Both the position numbers and the translations under genes were made by a program. A stretch of 64,000 nt of DNA, taken from positions 3,247,080 to 3,311,079 of the forward strand of contig JAXLQR010000002.1 in assembly GCA_046331545.1 (NCBI GenBank), in the 5' to 3' direction. Position 1 is the stretch's first letter; each line of letters begins with the position of its first letter. Positions 1-11,126 of this stretch are shown piece after piece. The notes under the pieces are model-generated. The model did no database searches. It was not told the DNA's origin and saw nothing but the letters and a program-made list of their open reading frames with translations. The DNA is from Holophagaceae bacterium (GTDB lineage: Bacteria; Acidobacteriota; Holophagae; Holophagales; Holophagaceae).

Positions 1-40
1 TGAAGGAGTCCGGCGTGAGGTTGAGGATGCCGATGAACAA

Positions 41-65
41 GGGGCCGCGCCGGAGGCGCGGCCCC
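41..65 (-). terminator. Putative intrinsic terminator downstream of ftsH
   Basis: Perfect 10 bp GC stem (ggggccgcgc / gcgcggcccc) with a 4 nt loop about 20 nt past the ftsH stop. On the minus strand it is followed by UUGUUCAUC. The U-tract is weak. Confidence 0.35.
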
Positions 66-84
66 CAGGCGAAGGGCGCGGCCA

Positions 85-2010
<1,926 letters not shown>

Positions 2011-2060
2011 GCGGACTCCCGGACGGGTGTGTCCCGGGTACGGGTCCCGGGCTCTCCAGT

Positions 2061-3059
2061 TTAACCGTGAAGCGGTCCCTGGTCCTCGATTGGATGCAGG
2101 AAGACCCCTGATGGTTCATGGGAAATGCGCCAGTGGCCGTGGGTCCGTGACCGGGCGCGGCGGGGCGCGGGCCCCGAGACGTGGGGCCAGAGGAAGGCCG
2201 CGAGCCCGCGCAGGGCCTCGGCCTCCCGCGGCCAGCCCTGCTCGCGGAAGGCGGCCTCGAGGACGGCCCGCAGCTCCGGCTCCGTCCAGATTCCGCGCTT
2301 GAGTTCGAGAATCCCTCCCGCGAGCCTCCACTTTTCCTTGCGGCGGGCCGCGACCTCCGCGGCGCGCCACTCGAGCAGCTCGCGGACCTGGGCGTGGGTT
2401 TCCAGCAGGTGCGCATCCAGCCCTGGAAGTTCGCGGCGCAGGGGCTCGAGGAGGGGACGCAGGCGGTTCCGGGGGGTGAAGGCCTCCTGGTTGCTCGCGT
2501 CCTCCCGCCAGGGGATCCGCCGGGCCTCGAGGTAACTCCGCAGCTCGGCGCGGCGCAGGTGCACCAGGGGCGACCACCGCAGGCCCTGGCGCGGCGGAAG
2601 CGGCGTGAGCGAGCCGAGGCCCCCGCCGCGCCCCAGGCGCAGGAGGACCGTCTCGGTGTGGTCGTCCAGGGTGTGGCCCGTGGCGACCACGGCGGCGCCG
2701 GAGGAGGCGGCCTCGGCCCGCAGCCAGGACCACCGCAGCTCCCGCGCGGCCGTCTCGAGGCCCTGGCCCGCGGCCTTGGCGTGCCCCCGCACGTCGAGCC
2801 AAGCCTCCGCCAGGTCCAGGCCGAAGTGGCGCGCCAGGGCCCGCACGAAGGCGGCATCCCCGGCCGAGGCCTCCCGCAGCCCGTGGTCCGCGTGGGCCAG
2901 CACCAGGTCGAGGCCGAGGCTCTTCCGCAGCGCGGCGAGCAGGGAGACCAGGGCGGTGGAATCCCCGCCCCCGCTGCAGGCCACGAGCACCCGGCCGCCC
3001 GCCACGCCGTCGCCCCTGCGGCGCAGGGCCGCCAGGAGATCGGCTTCGAGGCGGTTCAC
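2061..3059 (-). CDS. tilS: tRNA(Ile)-lysidine synthetase TilS
   Basis: PP-loop motif [14 protein letters not shown] at the N-terminus. About 330 aa. Sits immediately upstream of ftsH, the conserved tilS-ftsH arrangement (no hpt between them here). Confidence 0.85.
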   Translation of the reverse strand: MNRLEADLLAALRRRGDGVAGGRVLVACSGGGDSTALVSLLAALRKSLGLDLVLAHADHGLREASAGDAAFVRALARHFGLDLAEAWLDVRGHAKAAGQGLETAARELRWSWLRAEAASSGAAVVATGHTLDDHTETVLLRLGRGGGLGSLTPLPPRQGLRWSPLVHLRRAELRSYLEARRIPWREDASNQEAFTPRNRLRPLLEPLRRELPGLDAHLLETHAQVRELLEWRAAEVAARRKEKWRLAGGILELKRGIWTEPELRAVLEAAFREQGWPREAEALRGLAAFLWPHVSGPAPRRARSRTHGHWRISHEPSGVFLHPIEDQGPLHG

Positions 3060-3081
3060 GGGCCGGCCTCCGCGCCGGGCA

Positions 3082-3792
3082 TCACCTCAGGCGCTCCAGG
3101 AGCTTCAGCAGGGCCTGGGGCACGGGCTTCTCGCACCACAGGGCCTCGGCGAAGTCCGCCTGGATGAGCGAGCCCCAGTGCATGGCGCGCCCTTCGATGC
3201 CCCGGCGGAAGGAGGGGTGGGCGATGCGCACGGCGGGCTGGGCCGGATCCGGGCTGAACTGGCTTCCGAAGGCGTCGAAGGCGGCCATGCGCCGGGCCCA
3301 CGCGGCGCTGACGTCCACCACCAGGTCGGGCCGGTCCGGGTTCTCGCCCCCCACCCAGGCGAGGGCCTCGACGCGCCAGGGCTCGCCTTCGTGGGGATAG
3401 CCCTTCAGGCCGGCGTGGAAGGCGGCCGCGCGCAGCAGGCGGTGGGCCCGGCGATGATCCGGGTGGCGGTCCTCCGGCGCGGGGATCACGAGGACGGTCG
3501 GGCGCAGGGTCCTGAGGGCCGTCATCACCGCGCGCCGGGAAGCCTCCCCCTCGTCGAAGCGCCCGTCGGGGAGGTCGAGGGTGGTGCGGGAGGCGCCGAG
3601 GATCCGGGCGGCCTCCAGGGCCTCGGCGCGGCGGATCTCGGGCGTGCCGCGGCTGCCCAGCTCCCCGCGGGTGAGGTCGAGGATGCCCGCGCGCAGGCCG
3701 CGGTCCGCGGCCAACGCGAGGAGGCCGCCCACGTGCACCTCCACGTCGTCGGGATGGGCGCCGACGGCCAGCAGGTCGAGCATCGCGGTCAT
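3082..3792 (-). CDS. bshB1: PIG-L/LmbE family N-acetylglucosaminyl deacetylase (BshB1-like)
   Basis: MTAMLDLLAVGAHPDDVEVHVGG... (AHPDD motif of the LmbE/PIG-L family), 236 aa. The six-frame ORF extends upstream only because of high GC. Start chosen at the ATG overlapping the upstream gene's stop (ATGA). Confidence 0.7.
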   Translation of the reverse strand: MTAMLDLLAVGAHPDDVEVHVGGLLALAADRGLRAGILDLTRGELGSRGTPEIRRAEALEAARILGASRTTLDLPDGRFDEGEASRRAVMTALRTLRPTVLVIPAPEDRHPDHRRAHRLLRAAAFHAGLKGYPHEGEPWRVEALAWVGGENPDRPDLVVDVSAAWARRMAAFDAFGSQFSPDPAQPAVRIAHPSFRRGIEGRAMHWGSLIQADFAEALWCEKPVPQALLKLLERLR

Positions 3793-4991
3793 GGGGCCTC
3801 CACCAGCAGGGTGCCGCCGCCCTCGGGATGGGTGGCGAGGCGCGCGGCGAGGGCCGCTTCCAGGCGGTCCAGCAGCGCGCCGTCCCGCAGCCAGGAGAGG
3901 CCCGGCAGCACACGCTCCTGGGGCCGACCGAGGGGAAAGAGGGCCTGGCGGAGCTTCTCGGGATCCGTGCCGAAGCGGGCCGCGGCGAGATCCCGGCGGT
4001 GGCGGCGGTCCAGCCGCGCCAGGCGGGCACGGGTGCGCTGGAGTTCGTCCTCCACGCGTTTCAGCAGCGTCGGGCCCCAGGCGGCGGCGCCCGCGGGGTC
4101 GAGGCTGAGGGCCGAGGAGGGAAGGTGGTCGGCGCGGGCGAAGGCGGCCCAGTCGCCGGTGCGGAGGGGATCGAGGTCCGCCGCGTCGAGGTGGGCGCCC
4201 CTGGGCACGAGGGCCGCCGAGGGCCGCGCCACGATCCGGGGCGCCTCCAGGCCCACGCGTTCCCACAGCGGCTCGGCGAGGCGCCAGTAGGCACGCTCGG
4301 CGGGGCCGAGGACCACCGCGGCCGTGCCGGGCAGGAGGCGCTGCTGCATGAGCGGACGCAGGGCGGCGCCGGGGCTGAGCCAGTGGCCGGGAGGGCAGGG
4401 CTCGCCGGGATCGAGGCGGGCGCGGGCGCCGGTGGACGGGTCGAGGCTGAACCAGGCGCCCTGGGTGCGCGGATCCAGGGGCAGGGCCAGGCGGGCGCTC
4501 TCCAGCCTCTCGGCCTGGGCCACCAGGTCCCGCTCCAGGCCCAGGGCCCGCCAGCGCCGGAGATCGTCCTGGATCGCGGCCCTGGCTCCGGGTTCCGTGG
4601 GCGAGAAGGCGCGCACGCCCCGTCGCCACAGGGGCGCGCCGCAGGCGAGGAAGTGGCCACGCAGCGTCGGCTCCGGGGCGCCGGGCACCTCGCCCCAGAG
4701 CGCCTCGGCCTCGGCCTGGTGGTTCGCCGTCCAGGCCAGCCAGCCGGTGGCGGTGCCCAGGGGCGCGGCGAACCGGAAGCGGTGGGGGCGCAGGCGGCCG
4801 CCGGCCCCGAAGCCCACCGTGGCGGCCACCTCCAGGGCGTCATGGTCCTCGTCGGCCATCCAGAACACCGCCTCGCCGCCGAGGCGGTCCGCCTCGGCCT
4901 TGGCGGCGAGGGCCTTCACCACCGAAAGGGCCGGGGTCCACCCCGCGCCGATCTGCTGGCCGGTCACCACGAGGGGGCGGGAGGTCGACAT
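3789..4991 (-). CDS. bshC: BshC-like putative bacillithiol biosynthesis cysteine-adding enzyme (short form)
   Basis: VVTGQQIG...FWMADEDHDALE aligns with the B. subtilis BshC (YllA) motifs VVGGQQAG...FWVAGEDHDLDE. 4 nt overlap with the PIG-L deacetylase gene. 400 aa, lacking the roughly 100 aa N-terminal extension of Firmicute BshC. Confidence 0.55.
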   Translation of the reverse strand: MSTSRPLVVTGQQIGAGWTPALSVVKALAAKAEADRLGGEAVFWMADEDHDALEVAATVGFGAGGRLRPHRFRFAAPLGTATGWLAWTANHQAEAEALWGEVPGAPEPTLRGHFLACGAPLWRRGVRAFSPTEPGARAAIQDDLRRWRALGLERDLVAQAERLESARLALPLDPRTQGAWFSLDPSTGARARLDPGEPCPPGHWLSPGAALRPLMQQRLLPGTAAVVLGPAERAYWRLAEPLWERVGLEAPRIVARPSAALVPRGAHLDAADLDPLRTGDWAAFARADHLPSSALSLDPAGAAAWGPTLLKRVEDELQRTRARLARLDRRHRRDLAAARFGTDPEKLRQALFPLGRPQERVLPGLSWLRDGALLDRLEAALAARLATHPEGGGTLLVEAP

Positions 4992-5014
4992 GGGGGGAAG
5001 GGTACCTTGGAAGC

Positions 5015-5485
5015 ATGGAAGTCCCCACCGTGGAGCCCTGGATCCCGCCCCCGCGGCCGGACCTCGCGCGCCTGGCCATGGACGTCGCGGACGAGCTCGG
5101 GACCGAGACCCTGCGCGCCTGGCCCGAGGCCCGCAAGGGCGGCATCGGCTTCGGCGACCTGCCGCCCTTCCTGAGCTGGCACGGGCTGGTGGAGGGCCAG
5201 CACCATCTCGTCCTCCTGCAGCCGCGGGAGCTCGGCGCCCTCGTCCCCGGCGCGCGCACCGCGCCGCTGCCCGCGCGGTGGCTCGAGGACCTGGACCTGG
5301 AATCCCTCGCGCGGCCCCTGGCCCGCCATCCGGCCTGGGGCGGCGCGGTGGCCTCGGTGCACGTGGTGAGCGTGGCCAGGGCGGGGGAGGCGCGGGTGCG
5401 CACGGAGGGCGAACCCGCCCCGGACGTGGTGGCGGCGGTGCTGGACCGCGTCAGCGAGGCCCGGGTGTGGAGCTTCAGCGACTGA
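5015..5485 (+). CDS. Hypothetical protein
   Basis: 156 aa ORF in an otherwise empty gap. Very high GC3 codon bias consistent with host coding DNA. No recognisable motif. Confidence 0.45.
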   Translation: MEVPTVEPWIPPPRPDLARLAMDVADELGTETLRAWPEARKGGIGFGDLPPFLSWHGLVEGQHHLVLLQPRELGALVPGARTAPLPARWLEDLDLESLARPLARHPAWGGAVASVHVVSVARAGEARVRTEGEPAPDVVAAVLDRVSEARVWSFSD

Positions 5486-6488
5486 GCCGCTCGGCCATCG
5501 CCAGCACCAGCTCCACCAGCCTCGCCGCGTAGGCGGTCTCGTTGTCGTGCCAGCCGAACACCTTGACGAAGCGGGAACCCAGCACGCGGGTGAGCTGGAG
5601 GTCCATGAGCACGCTTTCTTCCCGGCCCGTGAAGTCGCGGCTCACCAGGTCGGGCTCGGCGAGGGCGAGGACGCCCTTCAGCGAGCCTTCGGCGGCATAG
5701 CGGTAGGCGGCGTTGAGGGACTCCACCGACGCGTCCTTCTCCAGGAGGGCCGTGACGTCCACCAGGTTCACGCTCAGGGTCGGCACCCGCAGCGCCGAGC
5801 CGCTGAAGGCGGGGTCCAGCCAGGGCAGGGCCTTGTGCAGCGCCCCGAAGGCCGAGGAGCTGGTGGGGATGATGCTCTGGAAGGCGGCCCGGGCCCGGCG
5901 CAGGTCCTTGTGGGGCGCGTCCTGGAGGCGCTGGTCGTTGGTGACCACGTGCACCGTGCTCATGCCCGCGTGGGCGATCCCGAAGGCGTCCCTCAGCACC
6001 CGCAGCATGGGCGCCGTGGCGTGGGCGGTGCAGCTCGCGTTGCTGACGACCCGGTGCCGCCCGGGATCGAGCCCCGCGCCGTTGAGGGGCTGGATGGCGG
6101 TGAAGTCCGCGTCGGGGCTGGGCGCGCTGATGACCACGTGGGAGACGCCGCCCCGCAGGTGCCGCGCGGCGTCGGCGCGGCGGGTGAAGCGGCCGCTGCT
6201 CTCCACCACGAGGCCCACGTCGAGGCCGTCGAAGGGGACGCGCTCGGGCTCGGTCTCGTGGAAGACCCGCACCCGGGCCGCGCCGAGGCGGAGGAACTCC
6301 TCCCCGCGCTCGACCTCGGCGAGGATTTCCAGCGATTCCGCCCCGTGCACCGAATCCCGCCGCAGCAGGGCCGCGAGGGTCCCGAGGTCCGCCGGGTCGT
6401 TCACCGCCGCCAGCCGCGCGGGAGCGCCGACCGCCAGCCGCTTCAAGGCCAGGCGCCCGATGCGGCCGAGGCCGTTGATCGCGATCAT
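5475..6488 (-). CDS. gap: Glyceraldehyde-3-phosphate dehydrogenase paralog (divergent active-site region)
   Basis: NGLGRIGR Rossmann start. Catalytic Cys in SNASCTAHATAPML (canonical is ASCTTNCLAP) and the TVH histidine. 337 aa. Tandem to a second, canonical GAPDH. Confidence 0.85.
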   Translation of the reverse strand: MIAINGLGRIGRLALKRLAVGAPARLAAVNDPADLGTLAALLRRDSVHGAESLEILAEVERGEEFLRLGAARVRVFHETEPERVPFDGLDVGLVVESSGRFTRRADAARHLRGGVSHVVISAPSPDADFTAIQPLNGAGLDPGRHRVVSNASCTAHATAPMLRVLRDAFGIAHAGMSTVHVVTNDQRLQDAPHKDLRRARAAFQSIIPTSSSAFGALHKALPWLDPAFSGSALRVPTLSVNLVDVTALLEKDASVESLNAAYRYAAEGSLKGVLALAEPDLVSRDFTGREESVLMDLQLTRVLGSRFVKVFGWHDNETAYAARLVELVLAMAERLSR

Positions 6489-6507
6489 GCCAGGACGGCC
6501 CGCCGGC

Positions 6508-7512
6508 TCAGATCCGGTCCAGCACGTGGCAGCAGAGGTCCATGAGCCGCGTGGCGTAGCCGAACTCGTTGTCGTACCAGCCGAAGACCTTCACCATCCG
6601 CGGCCCGAGGGCCCGGGTGAGGAAGGGGTCGAAGGTGCAGCTGGCCTCGCAGCCGATGAGGTCCACGCTCACCAGCTCGTCCTTCATCACGTCCAGGTAG
6701 GGCGCGAGCGGGCCCTCGACGCTGGCCTTCAGGAAGGCCTCGTTCACCGAGGCGACGGAGGCGTCGGACTTCAGGATGGCCGTGAGGTCCGTGAGGCTCA
6801 CGTCCGGCGTGGGCACGCGCACCGCCACGCCGTCGAGCTTCCCCTTGAGGTGGGGCAGCACGAGGCTGATGGCCTTCGCCGCGCCGGTGCTGGTGGGGAT
6901 CATGGACAGCGCCGCGGCCCGGGCCCGGCGCAGGTCCTTGTGGGGCAGGTCGAGGATGCGCTGGTCGTTGGTGTAGCTGTGCACCGTGGTCATCAGGCCG
7001 TATTCGAGGCCGAAGGCGGCGTCCAGCACCTGCACCATCGGCGCGAGGCAGTTGGTGGTGCAGCTCGCGTTGCTGAGCACGCGCTCCTTCTCCAGGTCCA
7101 GGGCGCCCTCGTTGATGCCCATGACCACCGTGCGGTCCGCGTCGTCGGCGGGCGCGCTGATGATGACGTGGCTCACGCTGCCGTGGAGGTGGTTGGAGGC
7201 GTCCTTCTTCTTGGTGAAGATGCCCGTGCACTCCAGCACCACCTGGGCGCCGAGCTGGCCGAAGGGGATGAGGTGCGGGTCCTTCTCTGCGTAGACCCGG
7301 ATGCGCCGGCCCTCGAGGACGAGGTGGTTGCCGTCCGCGGCCACGGAGAAGTCCGCGTGCCCGTGCACCGAGTCGTACTTCATGAGGTGGGCGAGGGTGG
7401 CGGCGTCCGTGAGGTCGTTCACCGCGACCACCTGGACGTGGGGGGCCTTCATGAGCTGGCGCAGGACGAGACGGCCGATGCGGCCGAGCCCGTTGATGGC
7501 GACTTTCTTCAT
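6508..7512 (-). CDS. gap: Type I glyceraldehyde-3-phosphate dehydrogenase
   Basis: MKKVAINGLGRIGR. Canonical SNASCTTNCLAPMV active-site signature. 334 aa. Confidence 0.95.
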   Translation of the reverse strand: MKKVAINGLGRIGRLVLRQLMKAPHVQVVAVNDLTDAATLAHLMKYDSVHGHADFSVAADGNHLVLEGRRIRVYAEKDPHLIPFGQLGAQVVLECTGIFTKKKDASNHLHGSVSHVIISAPADDADRTVVMGINEGALDLEKERVLSNASCTTNCLAPMVQVLDAAFGLEYGLMTTVHSYTNDQRILDLPHKDLRRARAAALSMIPTSTGAAKAISLVLPHLKGKLDGVAVRVPTPDVSLTDLTAILKSDASVASVNEAFLKASVEGPLAPYLDVMKDELVSVDLIGCEASCTFDPFLTRALGPRMVKVFGWYDNEFGYATRLMDLCCHVLDRI

Positions 7513-7608
7513 GGCGGCTCCCCGGTGCGGAAGGGGTCCAGCCTAACGCCCTTCGGGGCCGGCCTGAAGCCTGGCCTGTGACCTGCGTCGCGTCCCGTCC
7601 CTGGCCGC

Positions 7609-7836
7609 TCAGCTCGCCAGGGAGGCCCGGCGCCGCAGGGCGAGGGCGGGGGCCTCGAGCTTCTTCGAGAGGGTGTTGCGGTGGATGCCGAGGACGCGGG
7701 CGGCGGCGCTCTGGTTGCCCTTGTTCGCGGTGACCACCTCCTCGAGGTAGACGCGCTCGAACTCGCGCTTGGCCATGTCCAGGGGGACGCCCTTGCGCAC
7801 CATCTCGGCCACGAGGCGCCGCAGCTCATCTCGCAT
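7609..7836 (-). CDS. Fis-family helix-turn-helix DNA-binding protein
   Basis: 75 aa. C-terminal GNQSAAARVLGIHRNTLSKKL matches the Fis/NtrC-type HTH. The long overlapping ORF (7609..8892) is a GC artefact; the start is at MRDELRRLV. Confidence 0.7.
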   Translation of the reverse strand: MRDELRRLVAEMVRKGVPLDMAKREFERVYLEEVVTANKGNQSAAARVLGIHRNTLSKKLEAPALALRRRASLAS

Positions 7837-7981
7837 CGTCGGGCTCCAACTCAATCGGGAAGTGCGAACGTAGCACCCGTTCGCGGCGCGGGGAAACAAA
7901 ATGATTCCGCCGGCGCCGGGCCCGCCCTTCCCAACCTGCGGAAAACCCTGTGGAATACCTGTGGAACCCCTGGGGAGCGAG

Positions 7982-9397
7982 ATGCGCAAGACGAAGCTGG
8001 TCATCACCATGGGGCCCGCGCTGGCCGACGACGAGAAGCTGCGCGAGGTCCTGCGCGAGGCCGACGCCATCCGGCTGAACGCGAGCCACGGGGATCCCGC
8101 GGCCCGCAGCGGCGTCCTCGCGCGGGTCCGCGCCGTCGCGGCGGAGCTCGGCCGGGAGCTGCCGGTCTTCCTCGACCTCCAGGGCCCCAAGTGGCGCGTG
8201 GGCGCCCTCGAGGCGCCGGTGGACCTGGCCGAGGGCAGCGAGGGCTGCTTCGTGCCGCCCGGGGCGGAGGGCGCGGGAGGCGGAGCCTGGCGCGTGCCCC
8301 TTCCCCACCCGGAGCTCTTCGAGGGCGCGCGGGAGGGCCAGCGCTGGCTCCTGGACGACGGCGCGCTGGAGGTGGAGGTGCTGGAGGCGCGGGCCGACGC
8401 GGTGCGCGCCAAGGTGCGCGTGGGCGGCGAGCTGAAGGCGCGCAAGGGCGTGCATCCCATCGGCCTCGAGCTGGCCCTGGACCCGCTGACCGCCAAGGAC
8501 CTGGAGGACGTCCGCTGGGGCGTGGCCAACGGCGTGGAGCTCTTCGCCCAGAGCTTCGTGCGCCGCCGCGCGGACGTGGAGCAGCTCCAGCAGCGCATCC
8601 GCGAGGCCGGCGGGAACCAGCCGGTCATCGCCAAGATCGAGCATCCCCAGGCCCTCGAGAACCTGGAGGAGATCCTGCAGGTCTCCTGGGGCGTCATGGT
8701 GGCCCGGGGGGACCTGGGCGTGGAGCTGGGCGTGGAGCGCGTGCCCTCCCTCCAGAAGAAGATCATCCGCACGGCGCGCAAGGCCCTGAAGCCGGTCATC
8801 ACCGCGACCCAGATGCTGGAGAGCATGATCGAGAACCCCTCGCCCACCCGCGCCGAGGCCAGCGACGTGGCCAACGCCATCTGGGACGGCACCGACGCCG
8901 TGATGCTCAGCGCCGAGAGCGCCGCCGGCGCCTACCCCGTGGAGGCGGTGCAGTGGCTGGCCCGCATCGCGGCGGAAGCGGACGCCCACGTGCCCGGCAT
9001 GGCCTACCGCCGGGACATCGGCGAGATGGCCCGGGGCCGCACGGACATCTCGGTGGCCTTCGCCGCCTGCCGGGCCGCCGAGGACCTGGGGGCGCGGTGG
9101 ATCGTGGCCTTCACCGAGGGCGGCGGCAGCGCCCGCATGGTGAGCCGCCTCGCGGGCCAGACGCCGGTGCTCGGCGCCACCACTGATGGCGCCACGGCCC
9201 GCTGCATGGGCCTCCTGCGGGGCGTGACCGCCCTCATCATCCCGCGGGTCCAGAGCACCGACGACATGGTGGAGGCGGTGCGGGAGCTGCTCCTGGCCAA
9301 GCACGAGCTGCTGCCCGGCGACCACGTGGTGATGACCATGGGCCTGCCCCTGTGGAAGAGCGGCAGCACCAACACGATGAAAGTGATGACGTTCTGA
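7982..9397 (+). CDS. pyk: Pyruvate kinase
   Basis: MRKTKLVITMGPA... pyruvate kinase N-terminus. Barrel and C-terminal domains throughout. About 471 aa. Start moved to an internal ATG of the six-frame ORF. Confidence 0.93.
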   Translation: MRKTKLVITMGPALADDEKLREVLREADAIRLNASHGDPAARSGVLARVRAVAAELGRELPVFLDLQGPKWRVGALEAPVDLAEGSEGCFVPPGAEGAGGGAWRVPLPHPELFEGAREGQRWLLDDGALEVEVLEARADAVRAKVRVGGELKARKGVHPIGLELALDPLTAKDLEDVRWGVANGVELFAQSFVRRRADVEQLQQRIREAGGNQPVIAKIEHPQALENLEEILQVSWGVMVARGDLGVELGVERVPSLQKKIIRTARKALKPVITATQMLESMIENPSPTRAEASDVANAIWDGTDAVMLSAESAAGAYPVEAVQWLARIAAEADAHVPGMAYRRDIGEMARGRTDISVAFAACRAAEDLGARWIVAFTEGGGSARMVSRLAGQTPVLGATTDGATARCMGLLRGVTALIIPRVQSTDDMVEAVRELLLAKHELLPGDHVVMTMGLPLWKSGSTNTMKVMTF

Positions 9398-9398
9398 G

Positions 9399-9563
9399 AT
9401 GAAGTGGGCCCTCAACCTCGTGTTCACCACCGCCGGCGGCTGGCTGGGGTGGTGGCTGGGGGCCTTCGTGGGGATCACCACGGCGGTGGTGCTCTCCATG
9501 CTCGGGACGGGCTTCGGGCTCTGGGTCGCGATCCGGGTGTGGCGGGACCACTTCGAGGCTTGA
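9399..9563 (+). CDS. Small two-helix membrane protein (54 aa)
   Basis: Manually translated: MKWALNLVFTTAGGWLGWWLGAFVGITTAVVLSMLGTGFGLWVAIRVWRDHFEA. It starts 2 nt after the pyk stop and is below the ORF-track size cut-off. Hydrophobic, Trp/Gly-rich. Confidence 0.4.
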   Translation: MKWALNLVFTTAGGWLGWWLGAFVGITTAVVLSMLGTGFGLWVAIRVWRDHFEA

Positions 9564-9570
9564 GCCCCGT

Positions 9571-9852
9571 TCAGGCGAGGCCCCAGGCCCGCAGCGCCTC
9601 CACGAGGCCCTCCAGCTGATCGGCGCTGGTGGTGTGGAAGCGGCTCACGAGCTTCCAGCCCTGGGCGACGCGCTGGTAGCGGTGCAGCCACAGGAAGGGG
9701 CCTTCCCAGCCGGCCTCCGGTCCGCGCCGGGTGCGCACGAGGAAGGCCACGGTGGTCCAGGGGCCGCGGCTGAGGACCCGCCGCCCCAGCTCCTCCAGCG
9801 CCGAATCCTCGTCGTGCTCCAGCGTCAGGTCGTCGATGTCCGGGATGATCAT
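9571..9852 (-). CDS. Hypothetical small protein (93 aa)
   Basis: C-terminal 93 codons of a long GC-artefact ORF. Begins MIIPDIDDLTLEHDED. No recognised domain. Confidence 0.35.
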   Translation of the reverse strand: MIIPDIDDLTLEHDEDSALEELGRRVLSRGPWTTVAFLVRTRRGPEAGWEGPFLWLHRYQRVAQGWKLVSRFHTTSADQLEGLVEALRAWGLA

Positions 9853-9883
9853 CCTCGCCTCGCCCCCAGGGTACCCTCCCTCC

Positions 9884-11122
9884 ATGCGCCTCGAATGCAT
9901 CGCCATCGGCACCGAGCTCCTCACCACCCGGCGGCTGGACACCAACTCGGTGTGGATCGCCGAGCGCCTCGCGGAGCTGGGCCTGGCCCTCCACCGCAAG
10001 ACCGCGGTGGGGGACGACCGCGCGGACCTGCGGGCCCTGGTGGAGGAGGCCCTCTCCCGCAGCGACGTCATCCTCTGCACCGGCGGGCTGGGGCCCACCT
10101 TCGACGACTTCACCAAGGAGGTCTTCGCCGAGGCCCTGGGGGCCGAACTGAAGGAGGACGCCCGGTGCCGGGCGGAACTGGAGGCCTGGTACGCGGCGCG
10201 CAACCGCGTGCCCTCGGCCAACAACTACAAGCAGGTGCTCATCCCCGAGGGCGCCGAGCCCCTGCGCAATCCGCTCGGCTCGGCCCCCGGCGTCTGGTGG
10301 CAGGATCCGCCCTCCCAGCCCGGCAAGCGCATCGTCCTCATGCCCGGCGTGCCGCGGGAGATGAAGCGCATGTGGACCGACCACGTCCATGCGCGCCTGA
10401 AGCCGCTCGCCGGCGCGCCGGTGCACACGCTCCGCGTGGTGGTGGGCGGCGTGCCCGAGAGCACGCTCGACGAGCGCACGGCGCCGGTGCGCGCGCGGCA
10501 CGCCGAGCTGGACTGGACCATCCTGGCCTCGCTGACCCACGTGGAATTCGTGGTGCGCAGCGCCGACGCCGCGGCCCTCGAGGCCGCGCGCCGGGACCTC
10601 GCGGAGGCGCTGGGCCCTGACCGGGTCTGCGAGGGGGACGGCGACCTGGAGTCGACAGTGCTGGACCGGCTGAAGGCCCTGGGCGAGACCCTCGCAGTGG
10701 CGGAGAGCATGAGCGGCGGCCTGCTGGCCGCGCGGCTCACGGCCATCCCCGGCGCCAGCGACGCCTTCAAGGGCGGCGCCGTCGTCTACACGCCGGAGGC
10801 GAAGACGGCCCTCGCAGGGATCGATCCCGCGGTGCTTGAAGCCCACGGCACCATCTCGGAGGCCACCACCGAGGCCTTGGCGAAGGGCATCCGCGTGAAG
10901 CTCGGCGCCACCTGGGGCCTCGCCATCACCGGCAATGCCGGGCCCAGCGTGGATCCCCAGGGCGACGTCGAGCGCGCCAACCCCGTGGGCACCTGCCTCA
11001 TCGCCATCGCCGGGCCTGGTGGCGTCGAATCGAAGCGCTTCGTCGTGCCCGGCGAGCGCCAGGACGTGCAGCTCCGCGCGGCGGGCTGGAGCCTGGACTG
11101 GCTGCGGCGGCGGCTGGTCTGA
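9884..11122 (+). CDS. cinA: CinA family protein (competence/damage-inducible; MocF-like domain plus PncC-like NMN deamidase domain)
   Basis: MRLECIAIGTELL...ILCTGGLGPT N-terminal MoCF-type domain. C-terminal CinA domain with SMSGG. About 412 aa. Confidence 0.85.
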   Translation: MRLECIAIGTELLTTRRLDTNSVWIAERLAELGLALHRKTAVGDDRADLRALVEEALSRSDVILCTGGLGPTFDDFTKEVFAEALGAELKEDARCRAELEAWYAARNRVPSANNYKQVLIPEGAEPLRNPLGSAPGVWWQDPPSQPGKRIVLMPGVPREMKRMWTDHVHARLKPLAGAPVHTLRVVVGGVPESTLDERTAPVRARHAELDWTILASLTHVEFVVRSADAAALEAARRDLAEALGPDRVCEGDGDLESTVLDRLKALGETLAVAESMSGGLLAARLTAIPGASDAFKGGAVVYTPEAKTALAGIDPAVLEAHGTISEATTEALAKGIRVKLGATWGLAITGNAGPSVDPQGDVERANPVGTCLIAIAGPGGVESKRFVVPGERQDVQLRAAGWSLDWLRRRLV

Positions 11123-11126
11123 ACCC

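Noticed and set aside
2011-2060. Expected hpt gene between tilS and ftsH.
   Set aside because: Only a 50 nt gap is present. There is no hpt at this position in this genome segment.
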